In this document: piece after piece, positions 11,561 through 24,548 of the stretch | Numbering within the stretch: position 1 is the stretch's first letter | Layout of the letters: every line of letters begins with the position of its first letter | Assembly: GCF_036321535.1 (NCBI RefSeq) | Contig: NC_087437.1 | Coordinates: 92,692,001 to 92,756,000 of the forward strand | DNA length: 64,000 bases | Direction of reading: 5' to 3' | Source of the DNA: Camelus dromedarius | Taxonomy: Eukaryota | Position numbers and translations under genes: made by a program | The notes under the pieces: model-generated | The model's input: only the letters and a program-made list of their open reading frames with translations | What the model was told of the DNA's origin: nothing | Database searches by the model: none

Positions 11561-13167
11561 GTGCAAGGGGAGGGGAGCAAAGGGGAGGAGACGCGGGTAA
11601 ATTGTTTCAAGGTGTAATAAACAAAGCAAATACACTTTGAAACTACAAGTTTTTGTTACTTATTTTTTTTATTTGTTTGGAAGAAGACTTAGTTATTATC
11701 AGACCTGTTGGAACATGCTTTTCCCACTGTATATCCATGGTTGACATCATGCTGAGAAAAATGAACGCTTCCTAATTTATTCACATCTCAATTCTAATTG
11801 ATTGCCTAAGACTACTCTTCCTAGAATTGCAAGTGTAAACCTAAGAGAAAATCAAGTCAGGAGACAAATTCTAATAAAACATATAATAAATTTATGCCCT
11901 TATATTTTGTTTATCTAAGTTTATTCTTTTCTATATAATAACAACTGTGGCTAAAGCAAGTGAAAGGTTGGCAGAATTTTACAGGAGATTGCTAAAACAA
12001 ATATACCTGTAATATAACGTATATAGTAGCTTATGTAGTTCATGTAATATTTTGGCTACTTAAAAAAATTAGTATGTTATGCCCATTGAGTTGAACATAA
12101 GATAAATCTATTTATAACATTTTGTGTTTGCCACAGTGCTTAATAAATAATCTTAACGTCTAGAAAAACTTTCCCATGGCTATGAATTAATCTATTGAGC
12201 ACTCAAAATGGTTGAATGTGCAAGTTAGAAAAATGAGCACATTTGTTATAAATAATAACCCTCTAATGAGTTATGGTCTTAAGTCGTTCTTGCAAGATTT
12301 TTATTTTAAAATGTTCCTCATTAGTGGTCCAGTTTTCTGGCTAATGAGGATTATTAAAACAGACAAACAAGCAAACAAACAAAAGCTAAAGTACAAAAGC
12401 TGTACTAATTAGGTAATTAGTGAATTACCTAATCTTTGTGTTTCTACTAAATTAGGACAACTACATTGAAAAGCTTGGGTCATAGTCATGCTACTATAAT
12501 AGTTATTCTTGGCTTTTTGAACTCTGGACCTTCTAAACTTTCCTTAGCAGTTCAGAGGCACTCTCAGGGTGCTACTTGTGAAATACATACCATTATGTCC
12601 ATGAGAATTCTTTAAAAAACTGTTTGAAAGCTGTGTAATTTTAGAACCACGGAATTGTAATATTGCTTTCCTTTCCCTTGATTTGGTACATTGCATAATA
12701 TCACACACCGTAAAAGAATTTCCCTCCCTTAATCCTCTTTGATTGCTACAAGTTGCTTGATAAATGAATTCTGAGAAGAGTAATCTATATGTCTCACTTT
12801 AAATACCTTCGATTGGCTCATGTGCAAATGCAATGGCCAGCTGACTATGTGTAATTGAAATGGGATGAAATGGAATTGAATCCATCTCTAGTGAGTTAAT
12901 ACTTCTCTCCTTCCTACGTTGGCTTGTTGGCAACTTTCTAGGTTGTTGAAAACATACCAAGAAAAAGTTTGAAGATGAGAAACTTGATAGGATATTTCCT
13001 TAATCTTGAATTTTAATTTCTATATCACAGACATTTTAGACACTCTGCCTGGTGCCTAAGTTCAGTAAGTGTTACTTGTATGACTTCAATATATTTATGT
13101 ATGTAAACCGTTATATATTTTATGACAGTAAATGAAGACTGGGTTTCCTGTTTGCACCATATAGAAT

Positions 13168-13380
13168 AGGGGTCAGCATTTTTTTTAAGAGTCCAGACAG
13201 TAAATATTCTAGGCAGATAGGCCATACAGGCTCTGTCACAACGATTCAACTCTGCTATTGTAGCACAAAATCAATACATAAATAAGAACAATACATAAAT
13301 GAATGGGAAGTGCTCTGCTCTACTAAAACATCATTTACAAAAGGTGGTTGGCAGGATTTAGCCCACGGGCTGCAGCTCTC
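13168..13380. mobile_element. MER58A hAT-Charlie MITE
   Basis: AGGGGTCAGCA...AAGAGTCCAGACAGTAAATATT...GGCAGGATTTAGCCCACGGGCTGCAG. Confidence 0.8.
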
Positions 13381-15249
13381 CCTTCATACAGACCATTTAT
13401 CTTTCCACATGCAGTGTGAACTACAGAATAGTCCACAAAATATTGCACAAGCCCAAGGGATTTTTGTTGAACATGTCATTCAAAGTGCATATCTCTAAAG
13501 TTTCTGAAAATTTATGAGTTATTTCTAACTCATTTAATGAAATGAATTGTCCATATTTTCATGTATTACATAATATGTAAATAATTTTAAAATGTTTAAA
13601 ATGTGAAGTAAGGAAATCTTATTTTTCATTGTCCGTATGGTCCAAAACACAGAAATACAACTAGGTACGGAAATATACTACTAACAACTGGAAAGCAAGT
13701 CCACAAACAGAACTAATTTGAAGCTAAATTTTGTCTCAATTTACAACTGGCTTATTCATTTTATTGTTATTAATTGTATTAATCTGTAAAATGAGATAGA
13801 TACCGCATCATTTCATTAATCTCTAAAATGGGAAGAACACTAGCATAAAAACTTTCAGTGAATGAAGAAAAGAAGTCTAAAAAAAGAAAAAAAAATTGGT
13901 TTGGGTTTCTCAATATCAGAGGTCACATCTAATTTTTTCAATGTGACCTTTCTGAGTATTTTGATACCTCTGTCTTAAAGGCAGGTTGATGTCAGCAAGA
14001 CCTTCCAATACATTAAACAAAAAATACTTAGCCTAAATGTCTGAGGGAACAATATAACAGAATTGACATTGCTGCTGAAAGCCTGTACAAATCAAATAAA
14101 AAATGATGATAAAGCATTTATAAGCAAAGTGTTGTCTAAATGCTTAATAATGTTTCTGCTAATGGATTCCCTCTCCTAGAATTCCACCTCAGTCATTCAA
14201 TTTCTTTCCTGTATCGCCAGTGCATTTTAGCTCTTCCTAGTCTCCCTCAGACGCCATTCAGTGAGTTGCGACCATCTGACAGGCAGCCATACACTACCTG
14301 TAACACAAAGTAGTAATTTTACTTAAGTTCTGTATCTTAAAGATAGAATTGTCATCTCTGTGCTAGATGAAGTGGGTTTGCAAGGCTTACCAGGGTAACT
14401 CTCTTAATGGATGTGTTTATTTCTCATAACATGAATAGTGGAGACAACTAAATCTATGAACACAATCATGGGCCACTTCTAATAACACCATGCCCTACAG
14501 AGGCATCCTATCTGGCTTCCACTTAACAAAACTTTGAATAGCTAATTTATGACTCATTGATTGTAAGTCCATGTTTTATTGCCTCCAGTTAAGCAGAAAG
14601 CTTTTTTTCAGATGGTGAAAATGAAAAATAGATTTGCAAAAGCCACGTACACTTGGGAGTGCAAACCAAAGTCAGATCATGGAAGAATCTCTTTGATCCT
14701 AATTCCCTGAATCACATACAGGTGTCGGACCTTCTTAAACTCTGCTGATATTAACTAGGCAAGACAAGAGGTGACTTGTATGCCCAGCCTCTGCTGTTCC
14801 AGACTCTTTCCTGCAGCAGTTCTTCAGCCTGTCACAGTGTATAAAAAGCCCTCTGAGAGCAATAGCATAAGCACTCCTTGTGCTTTATGCACAACAGAGA
14901 CAACTAGAAATGATGAGTTTATTTTGCAAATTTAATTTAGGAGGTTTTTACACTGCGTGCACACATCCTTCCCTGAAAGTCGCAGGCAAAGTATTAGATT
15001 TTTAGGCCCAACTAAATACAGTTTTTGCTAAAACCCAGTTAAGAAATGTAGATGCATAAGAATCGAACCACATTAAAGAGAGTGCCAGCACTGAGCTCAC
15101 TGTGGCGGTGGTTTAGACTTGCATAGAATTATATGCCTGATTAAAACCCATCCAGGTGTTGGGATCTATCTTTAATGATGTTTTCCTGCACATAAATAAT
15201 GTTACCAGGATATACACAATAAAAATATGCCTACTTTAATATAACATAA

Positions 15250-15475
15250 CAGTTAAGACCATTGGACTTGGAATTCGAAAAATAAGATCTGGCTTTAAAT
15301 CCCTGTTTCACCACTTACTACCTTTGTGCCCTTGATGGGCTACTTAATTATAAACCTCAATTTCCATGTTTGTAAAATGAGATATATGCACCTTCTTCAT
15401 AGAATTATTATGGGAATTAAATAAAATATTTATATAAAGCTGGTAGTCCAGAGTCTTGAGCATGTAATGCATTGA
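15250..15475 (+). mobile_element. MIR SINE
   Basis: CACCACTTACTACCTTTGTG...CCTCAATTTCCATGTTTGTAAAATGAG MIR core. Confidence 0.75.
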
Positions 15476-16172
15476 TTCTTGAAAGCTTCTTGAATTAGAG
15501 CAGGGAGAAATGAGTTTATTAAAAATCATCCCCCAACTACCCATCTGGCCCAATCAAATTGTTCCCTCAGCAACAGCAAGCGTCTTAGTAGATAATGAAA
15601 GAAGAGATGTCTGTCCATTCGGAGCAGAGCAAGTTACTAGGCCACAGCTCCCAAGGCTGTTAAACAGAAGTTCTTTCTGGCTTCTTATTATTTATTTCTA
15701 TCTAAGACCCAGTCAGAGAAGGAAGGAGATGGGAGAGAGGATGGGGAAGGGTAGTCTATTGGTTCAATTTTTTAAAATTATTTTTATGACAGTGTATGGA
15801 ATTAAAATGTGACCAGTTTTGTTCAAGCAGGACAAAACTATCTCAAAATGCTAAATAAAATATAGGATACACTTTTATTTCTTACAAAAACAAAAGAGGG
15901 GTTAAAAAAATCTGTAAAGTATCTCCCATATTCACAGTGATGCCCGATCTCCCTTTAAGACACACTTTTGCAATGATCAATAGATATTAGCTGTTATCTA
16001 CTATTCACAACATTTGCCTCTCTCTGTAAATTTTACCAGATAATGTGATAATAAGAAATTCAACTGGCCTCACAAGTAAAACTATTTAGCTTTGGTTTGA
16101 AGGATTCATTTTATACAAACAATAGTATGGACTGAACACTTGTTTTACTACCTTCCATTAAGTATGCATGAA

Positions 16173-16219
16173 TTAATTACAGAACTACTTTTCACTATTA
16201 AAAGTAGTTCTGTAATTAA
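16173..16219. repeat. Perfect 20-bp inverted repeat with 7-nt loop
   Basis: TTAATTACAGAACTACTTTT-cactatt-AAAAGTAGTTCTGTAATTAA; the arms are exact reverse complements. Confidence 0.97.
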
Positions 16220-16424
16220 CTACTTCAACTCAAGTCTCAAAAATATGCTTATGAATAATTAGTCATTTTTTAAAAGTACTTATGGGTTTAGAATTACTTC
16301 TGTCTCTTTAGCTCTGTAATTTTTTCACTCATTGCTGTAAGAGCACCACATTGTTGTTATTCCTGAAACATGGACATCGAAGAGAGAAACACATAGCAAT
16401 AATAACAAAAAGTATTGTAACACT

Positions 16425-16935
16425 TGTTAAAGAAAAAAATTATTCAGTGGCACTTCTTAAACCATAGTAAGGAAGACTTTATTCAAGGAGGCCATGGAAA
16501 CAGATGTATGAGCCACCCCACCCTCAACAATGGAATCTTACAATGAGGGAGAGGGATTGAACTCAACTCCAAATACAGCTTGGGTAAATGGGAATTTATA
16601 TCAGGATGGGGATCAGTGGGTGAAAAAGCACTAAGAGGAAAGAAACATCAGGAGCAAGAAGGATTGTGGCTAAATCAACCTAATAGGATTCATGCTAAAG
16701 TCAGGCCAGGGTGATGGGCCATCACCTGGGAGATGGTGGAGGATGAGGAACCTGATGAGATATGCAGAGGGTGATCAGATATGGAGGATGGGGGATTCTG
16801 GTCAAATGGACTTAGCAGGATTCTTACTAAAACTGGACAAGGCAGAGACAATCATGGAAGTCCAAAAGTCAGACCTAGTTGAAAAATAGCTCAGAGGAGC
16901 TGGAGTAGAGTTTGGTTAATGAGAGAATCTTGCCA
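16425..16935 (-). mobile_element. MER31-like ERV1 solo LTR
   Basis: TG...CA termini with perfect 4-bp TSD CACT (16421-24 and 16936-39); CTCAGAGGAGC...AGTTTGGTTAA...GAGAGAATCTTG matches the MER31 5' end in reverse. Confidence 0.85.
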
Positions 16936-17149
16936 CACTAAAGGCAGAAATAATGTAATATTCCCTCTGAAAAGCAACTACACTAGCCCTATAAAAATAA
17001 TCTATCTTACCCATTTTAGAGATATCTTGGTAATCTTACCATTCCACATATGCAGATTTCTTCCTCCAACTACCATATACAGAGGGCCTGCCAGGCAGAA
17101 CACTTAGGTGGGCTTGACTATAGTGAGTATCTCATGACTCAGTCAGATC

Positions 17150-17460
17150 CACTGTTTGATTTGCTTGAAACACTCTCCTTTCCCAAGCTAATTCCAAGTT
17201 GAATGCAAGACTCAAGTTAAATGTGATCTTTTCCTTCAAGATAGACCTCCCCCTTATCTGCTCCCCTATAATAATCTATTCAAGCCTGTAGCATAACATT
17301 TATGACAGTTTCATCATTGGCTGGTCCCCAGAGAATAAAAACTTCTTGAAAGCTGAATGAGGTACTGTTCACCTTTTTACCCCTGGCCCCATGCACAGTT
17401 CCTGGCACACAGCAGACACTCAATTCTAAGTTTATGAACAAATGAATTAATGAATGAGTT
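17150..17460 (+). mobile_element. L2 3' fragment
   Basis: Ends CCTGGCACACAGCAGACACTCAA...AATGAATTAATGAATGA, the L2 tail. Confidence 0.7.
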
Positions 17461-18078
17461 TGGAGCTTCAGTGACAAATTAGACATATCAGTGTGGTATA
17501 ACTATAACAGAAACCAACATTCATGGGCATCACCACTTTCTTTTAGTAGCTTCTCATCCTTTCACAATTTTAGAAGGTTGTCTTAGGGCAGAAACTCTGA
17601 GCATTTATCTACTTCATGATAATTGTAAAATCAATAACCAATATTTTTAGAATACCCATAAAAATGAGGTTTACAAAAGAGAAAAAAAAATTAAGGATGG
17701 CCAGTCAGAAAAGAGAAACTGGAAGAAAATGAGTTCTGCTCCGCTGGGTTGACGGTAATATAGGTCTCCCATCAATTTCCCTTTCCTCCAAAGCCAAGGC
17801 TCTACCTTTGTCTTTGTGATTACTTAGGCATGACAGACTGCTGGATAACTGATGGTCCTGATGCAGCATGCACCCAAGCAGTGTTAATCCTTTACCCCTA
17901 AGGTCTTTACCTGTCCATGTACCCATGAAATAGTTAGATTTGCTCTCCTGGGAATCCTTAATTTTTTTTTTTTATTTTGTATTCATAGTCTCAGTTAGGA
18001 GAAGCATTTACTCCTCTTGGGCTTACCCAACATGTTTCCAGATTGTCACTAAGTCTCCATTAGAAATAATGCTAAATA

Positions 18079-18570
18079 CAGACATCCTCAACTTAGGATG
18101 GTTCAACATATGATTTTTGAATTTGACAATGGTGTAAAAGTGATACCCATTCAGTAAAAAACTATACTTCAAGTTTTGAATTTTAATCTTTCCCCGGCTA
18201 GCAATATGCTGTGAGATACCCTCTCACAATGCTGGGCACCAGCAGCTGAGCCCCAGCTCCCAGGCAGCCAGACAATCAGATGAGTAAACAACCAGTCTTT
18301 GCCCACACAGCCATTCTGTTTTTCATTTTCAGTACATTATTCAATATATTACATGAGATATTCAACACTTTATTATAAAATAGTCTTTGTGTGAGATACT
18401 GTTGCCCAACTATAGGCTAATGTAAATGTTCTGAGCACATTTAAGGTAGGCTAGGCTAAGGTCTGATGTTCAGCAGGTTAGGTGTATTAAATGTATTTTC
18501 AATTTATGGTATTTTCAACTTATGATAGGCTTATCAGGACATCACTCTATCAAAAGTCAAGAAAGATCTG
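18079..18570 (-). mobile_element. Tigger5/MER47-family Tc1-mariner MITE
   Basis: CAGA...TCTG degenerate TIRs flanked by TA duplications (18077-78, 18571-72); internal TTAAGGTAGGCTAGGCTAAG and TTAGGTGTATTAAATG motifs. Confidence 0.85.
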
Positions 18571-19789
18571 TATAAAAAACACAAATCTTGAGAATCTATA
18601 ATTCTTGATAAAATGAATTTTCAAAAACCAATCAAATAATTCTTTCCTAAAAAATTTCACCAAGCCATAAGAATGAATAGGACTCTATACATGTTTTAAA
18701 AGAAAGTAAGATACCTTCTTCCTTTCTACCTCAAAGAGCTGCCAATCTTATTTTATAGTGTTCCTGTGAGTTGTAAAGTTGTACATTGACTGGATTTTCT
18801 GAGGTCAACCTAGATTTGCTTCCAACTACCATTATAGATAAGAACTAATGAAAGGTAGATTTTATTTTTATGGACTAGCCACTTTTTTTTTTTTTCCATC
18901 TTGTTTTACTACTTTGTCTAATGACTCTCAACCCACCTTGCAATTTATGTGACAATGTTGGCCGCTTGACTTGAGCATCTGCTCTCTGGGTGCTTTGCCA
19001 CGTGCCTTGATCCTCTGCAAGACATTGATAAATTCTGTCCATGATACAAGGGACGATAGGAGATTTAAAATATATATATTTTCCTCTGTTCTCACTTTCT
19101 TTTGAGAAGTCTTTCATTCTATTTCTGAGTTGAGTTGATTGATTTTGAACTGGTTTAAACTCAAGGTCTAGAGCAACAAGCTGAGAAAAAAAAATGATAG
19201 AGATATATTTTTAAAATGCCTTGGTTTTATCCTCTGATTCATTCAATAGAAAAGCTCTTTTAAGGATAAAAATCCCTTTTTATAAGTTGTAGTACTCTCA
19301 GTTACTACTAGAGTGAAGCATTACAAAAGAGGAGAAAGTGGTGAAATGCTGACAATTTAATATGCACTAAATGTAAAAAAAGTAAGTGAATATTGAGCAA
19401 GAAACACTCAGGCTTTATTTGTGATATTTCTGTTGTATTCTCTCTCTCACCCACTCTCTCTCATTGCTTAATTAGTTTTGTAAGTGAAGTATAAAGCTTT
19501 AATTGTGAGTAGTGAGTACATAACAGATAAATACAGAGAAGTTAAAAAAAATTTTGACCTTAAATAAAGTTAGTAAAAAGATGAATTTATCTGTCTGTTC
19601 TTGTAATCAGAGTACCTCAGCACTACTCCTAAGTGAAATGACTAGCTAATAAAATGTTAAAAAAAAAAAACAAAAAACTCCTCAGATGATCTCTTTATCT
19701 GTCAGGTGACTTGAATCCATCAAGAACAACATCAAGAAACTTCCTGCCTTTCTTCTGAGGCTTAATCCTCAAATAAACAAAAATCTCAC

Positions 19790-19898
19790 CTAGGAGGGGT
19801 AAAATATTAAGTTATGAGGCATTTCCAGTTCAGTATTCACATTTCTGAAGGGGAGAGCAGGCCACAGAAGGCCTCTGAGATAGTATGTAATGGGGACT
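19790..19898 (-). other. Candidate non-coding exon / recursive-splice-like junction
   Basis: Acceptor TCTTTCTTTCAACTAG, donor TAG|GTGAGA. The donor is itself preceded by CTTAAT and TTTTACCCCTCC. Confidence 0.25.
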
Positions 19899-20589
19899 CT
19901 AGTTGAAAGAAAGATTTTCAATGCAGCAAATCTTTCTATACAGCAGCAGTAAAGAGTGTGTGGTGGGAGGTTATGATGGTCTTCTGGCTCTTTGCATACT
20001 CCTAGTTTATATATTAAAGTGATGTAGGATATGTTTTTTTCCTAAAGTACATTTTTCAGCAATAAAGGACTAACTTCCTAAGAACTACTCATTCCTTATC
20101 AAATTTATTGCTACCCAATACAAAGGAAAACACCTTACTTTTTTGAATTTGGAAAATGTTCTATGTATCTCTATTTCTCTCTCCCTTATGATCACCTACA
20201 CTGATGTCAGATGTCATGAAACTCAAGTGCTTGTAATACAAGGACTATGAGTATTACTTAGGTCACATATTGTCCCTATATAAGCCTATAGAAGCTTAAT
20301 TTACACCTTCTGATGTCAGTGACTTCCTGTGTTTGAGAGTGCTTCCTATTTCACCCTTCATTTTATGCAGCAACCACCATCATCACCAAAACTCCCTTCT
20401 CCTGCAACTGAAATTTCTTCCCTCTTAATCAAAATCCGTAGCAGGCCTTTTAGAACAATGATCCTTGGGGATTGTAAATAGTGTTTCATTCATTCACTCA
20501 ACAAATAATTTTTGTGTCTATTATTTACATTGGAATTACCAAGGATCTTTTAAGAAATATTACTTACTACATATTCTAATGCTATACAT

Positions 20590-20830
20590 TCTTTCCATCT
20601 AAACAGATCATCTCCCCAGTAAATCTCCCTTATCCTGCTTTACTTCATGGTATTTATCATTACTTTTGCTTCATAGTATTTTTCATAACTTGAAATTATA
20701 TCAAGATTTATTTTTGTATTATCTATCTCCCTGCACCAGAATATGAGCTCATTCACTGTTTTACTCCCAGTACCTAGAACTATGCTTAGGCCATTGTAGG
20801 TCCTCAGTACTTAAGCACTTATTAAATGAC
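20590..20830 (+). mobile_element. L2 3' fragment
   Basis: CCAGAATATGAGCTC...CCCAGTACCTAGAACTATGCTTAGGCCATTGTAGGTCCTCAG. Confidence 0.65.
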
Positions 20831-21613
20831 TGGGGCAAGCAATTAATTAGTCTCAGTTTCAGATACTGCCAACTTCTTCACCATGAATGTAAGGAGGCTG
20901 TGTTATAAATGGAATTGTGCCATCGACCTCAGGTCCACTGGAACTGAATGATGTTCAGAAGCAGTGCTAGAGACCAGCAGTCACTGAAGACAAAGGAATG
21001 TCTATTTCAACTCTTCTTGACCATCATTATGCTATTGCTTCATAGAGATACAATTATTTGATCAATACTCAATAAATAAATACTTAATTGAAGCTAACTT
21101 GTAGCTAATGACTTAAAGGTGACATTTTTCATTGCCTATTATCAAGTACCTCAGTATATTTACATCTCCGTGTGTTGACACCTAAAAATATGGGTCTTAT
21201 TATAAATGACATTCATAGGGCTTCAGAGTTTTGAAGCAAGGGCCATTAAAAATATAAAGCTACATAGAGAGTTTTTTAATCATCCAAACTGAAAAAGTGT
21301 GTGTGTATGAATTCCTAATAAATCTGCCACTGTAAGGATGTACAGCCACAACTGTGGCAGCAATTGGTTGAAATGCTTTAACAGCATTCTCAGAACACCT
21401 CCCCTTCCTGCTCTCTGTGATGGTCCATAGTGTGCAACAAGAAAACAGGGACCATAGCAGCCAGAGGGAAGGGGATGTTTTCAAGGAGAATGAGACATTT
21501 TATTGATGCAGGGCATTATCTGCATAAATTGGGTAGAATGCAGCAAATGTTTAAAACAGTTCATTTTGATTATTATTGTCAGCTTTGGGTTTTTTTTCCA
21601 AAAAAAAAAGACA

Positions 21614-22107
21614 TGAAATGGGGATTTAAAGTTTTCCCTTCTTTTCTTCTACATTTTTTTTGCTGACTTAGTAGTTAAACTGACATATGACAGATTAACA
21701 GGAGAAAAAAAATTCATACATAGGGGAGCTCATAAAAAACATGAGACTTAAAGAAGTGACCAAAGCAGGCGGCTTTTATACCTATTAGACAAAGAAACAA
21801 TAAATTTGTGAGGAATTGACACGGCAAAGAAGTTCGGGTTTGGGGTAGTAAATTAGTGAAGAAGTAAAAGGGTTGTTTATACAGCCTTCTCGCCCTGAAT
21901 TCCCTGTCTCTGGTGATAAGGATGCCTTTTACCCTCCTCATACAGGGAGGGTACCTTTCACATGGGAGATTTATTTCCTGCTTTCAGGAGGACATAGGAG
22001 GGTCAGAGTGTCCTTCTTGCACTGGCTGTTTCTTAAGTAACTTTAATTCAAAACAATCAATATGCCAAAATGGCATATTTTGGGGTGGCATAGTCTCCTC
22101 CCCTTCA
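21614..22107 (-). mobile_element. MER34/MER39-group ERV1 solo LTR
   Basis: The reverse complement begins TGAAGGGG...ATGCCACCCCAAAATATGCCATTTTGGCATATTGATTG, the hallmark of this LTR group. Confidence 0.8.
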
Positions 22108-23024
22108 AAAGCAAAAGATGCTTTTGTTTAAAATTCACTAAATCTTAGAAATGTGCTTTAAAATTGTTTTGAAAAACAAAATCACGAAAGAACTACTATA
22201 ACACGTATACTAGTCCAAACAGAGTAAAAATGATCAAAGAGCTACACAAGCATCTAGAAATCTCTCCCTCCTTTTCATCTCACTCACTTCCTGCCAAAAC
22301 CTAACTCCCAAGGGACAAGGGGTGGGGAAGTGTTAAATTCAATGGTTAAAAAAAAGGAACACAGTTTTAAATTAGGGATTGCTTCAAATGGTCTTCTTAA
22401 AACATACGATAAGTAGGTGATTAGTAAGATGTGAAAAAATTCTTATAGTATTATAATAACAAAACTTTTAGTGTGGTTAATACAAACACACAGGAAATGT
22501 CAGTTCTATTGTTTGTAATTCAATGAAGCAGCAACAGTTAACAGAAAGCACTGAAGTCAGCGTTGAAAAGCTGAATTTTAGCAACATACGAATTTTTCTT
22601 CTAACCATTTCACATGTTTGTGGTTTAGCATCTCTTTAAAAGCAGAGAAGATAAACCTTTTCTAAGAATAATCTGAGGATATATTACAGAGATAAAGGTT
22701 ACAGCACTGATATTTTAAGTATTATTGATCTTGATAACCAGACATAACCAATATAAATTCTCTCGATACCTGGTGCAAAAGGATAACAACAAAAAAACTG
22801 ATAATTAAAGAAATCAATCTGGGACCTTTCAGCTTAGACCTGTATAAAAGGCACAACGAAAATAAAGAAATTTAGCAAATAGTCCAACAAGTCCAAGTCT
22901 ATTCTATATAATATATAAGGAGAGAGAAATGTGCATATTCATTCTTTTACTAAGAACTTCCCACCAAAGTGGAATGTATGTCTTAATTTGTAGTATGTAT
23001 CAGAAGTGTTAGAAAAGAAAACTA

Positions 23025-23240
23025 ACTTTTGGTGAGCACCAGTCACTGCTGGTGTATGATTTATATATGTCAAGTTGTTTTATCTTCATATTGATCTCAT
23101 GAGTCAAGTGATTTTATTGATAAGAAAGTAAAGGTCAAATTATATTTTTACTCAGTGGCCTACAGCTAGTAAGTATTAGAACCAGTATTTTGAACCCACA
23201 TTTGCCTACCTCTTTAAAGCCTTGGCTATTTCTACCATAT
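23025..23240 (-). mobile_element. MIR SINE (degenerate)
   Basis: CAGCTAGTAAGT...AGAACCAGTATTTTGAACCCA. Confidence 0.55.
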
Positions 23241-23805
23241 TCTACTGTCTTTTCCAAGGGGTCCATAATCATCATATTTTTCCCAGCAGGTTTGTTTCTG
23301 AGCAAAGGAACAACCTTATCTTTTCTCAGTCTCCCTTCCCTGCTTTGGGTCCCCTCACCCACTCAAGACTCACGTCTCCATTCCCTGGTCCTACAACGCA
23401 GTATTACACCCAGGACTGTACTCAAACATTGCCCTTAGCTTGTTCCCAGCTATCTCGCATAATTTGCATCAGGAAATCCTGCCATAAATCTCTCCAGGGC
23501 TTTTTAGATGGTTAATTTGTTAATTCCTAATAAATGAATTCATAGTAAATTATCTGTAAGATGATGACTTAATTAAAGATCACTTCTAGGGTCTTTCACA
23601 TGTTAAAAAGGAATTCTAGAGATTCATTCATTCATTCATACTTTGAACAAACATGTATTAAGTACTTACTTGCTACTTACAAACACCAGCTGTGGAAAAC
23701 TGAAAAATGAACACAACACACTCTCTCTGCCCTCAGAGAAACAACAGTCTACTCCATTGGAAGGGCTTATGATTCTAAGTAAATTAAATATTACTAGCGC
23801 ACTAC

Positions 23806-23992
23806 ACACAGCTTCTCAAGGTGTAGACCCCTGACCAGTAGGATCAGCATTACCTGGGAACTTGTTAAAATGCAAATTCTCTTGGCTTTACCCCATACCT
23901 ACTGGATCAAGAATCTGGAGACTGGGCCCAGCAATCTGTGCTTTAACAAGCATCCAGTGTTTCTGATCCAAACTGAAGTTTGAAAACCACTG
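23806..23992. mobile_element. MER5A hAT-Charlie MITE
   Basis: CAGCATTACCTGGGAACTTGTTAAAATGCAAATTCTC...TTTAACAAGC...AAGTTTGAAAACCACTG. Confidence 0.85.
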
Positions 23993-23994
23993 GT

Positions 23995-24228
23995 ATAGTG
24001 CTGATGATGGAGGTGCTGAACCCAGACTAACCAAGGTTCAATTCTTGCTCTCCCACCTCTTGATTGTATGGCTCTGGGCAAGTTACCTCAATTCTAAGTG
24101 CCTATTTTCCTCTTGGTAAAATGAATATAATGATAATAATAGTACCTACCTGACATGATTATTGTAAGGATTAAGTTAGTATATGCTACAGTAGTGCCTG
24201 ATGCCAAGTAAGCACTCAATAAATGTGC
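23995..24228 (+). mobile_element. MIR SINE
   Basis: GGGCAAGTTACCTC...TTTCCTCTTGGTAAAATG...AGTACCTACCT...GTAAGCACTCAATAAATG. Confidence 0.8.
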
Positions 24229-24455
24229 TTTGGCTTCATTATAAGACATAAATAAGCACTGAAGACTCCATGTTTCATTTTAAGACCTAAGTAACTCTTG
24301 AAATTATTCATAACACTCCTGAAAAATCAAAAGCTTATTTACTTAATACTTAGAAGACTTTTATTTGGAAGCTAAGTTTTCTTTCTTCAGCAATGGGGGT
24401 GCAATGTCTTCACTAAAGACAGGGTTGTTTAAGGTGGAAATACTCAATAAATGAA

Positions 24456-24548
24456 GTTGGGTTTTTTTGTTTTTTGGGGGGGGTTTTGTTTGTTTGTTCT
24501 TTGGGTTTGTTTTTTTGGTTGTTTTTTTTTTTTTTTTTTTTTTTTTTT
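24456..24548. repeat. T/G-rich low-complexity tract ending in poly(T)
   Basis: GTTT repeats then ~26 T; possibly a retroposon tail on the minus strand. Confidence 0.85.
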
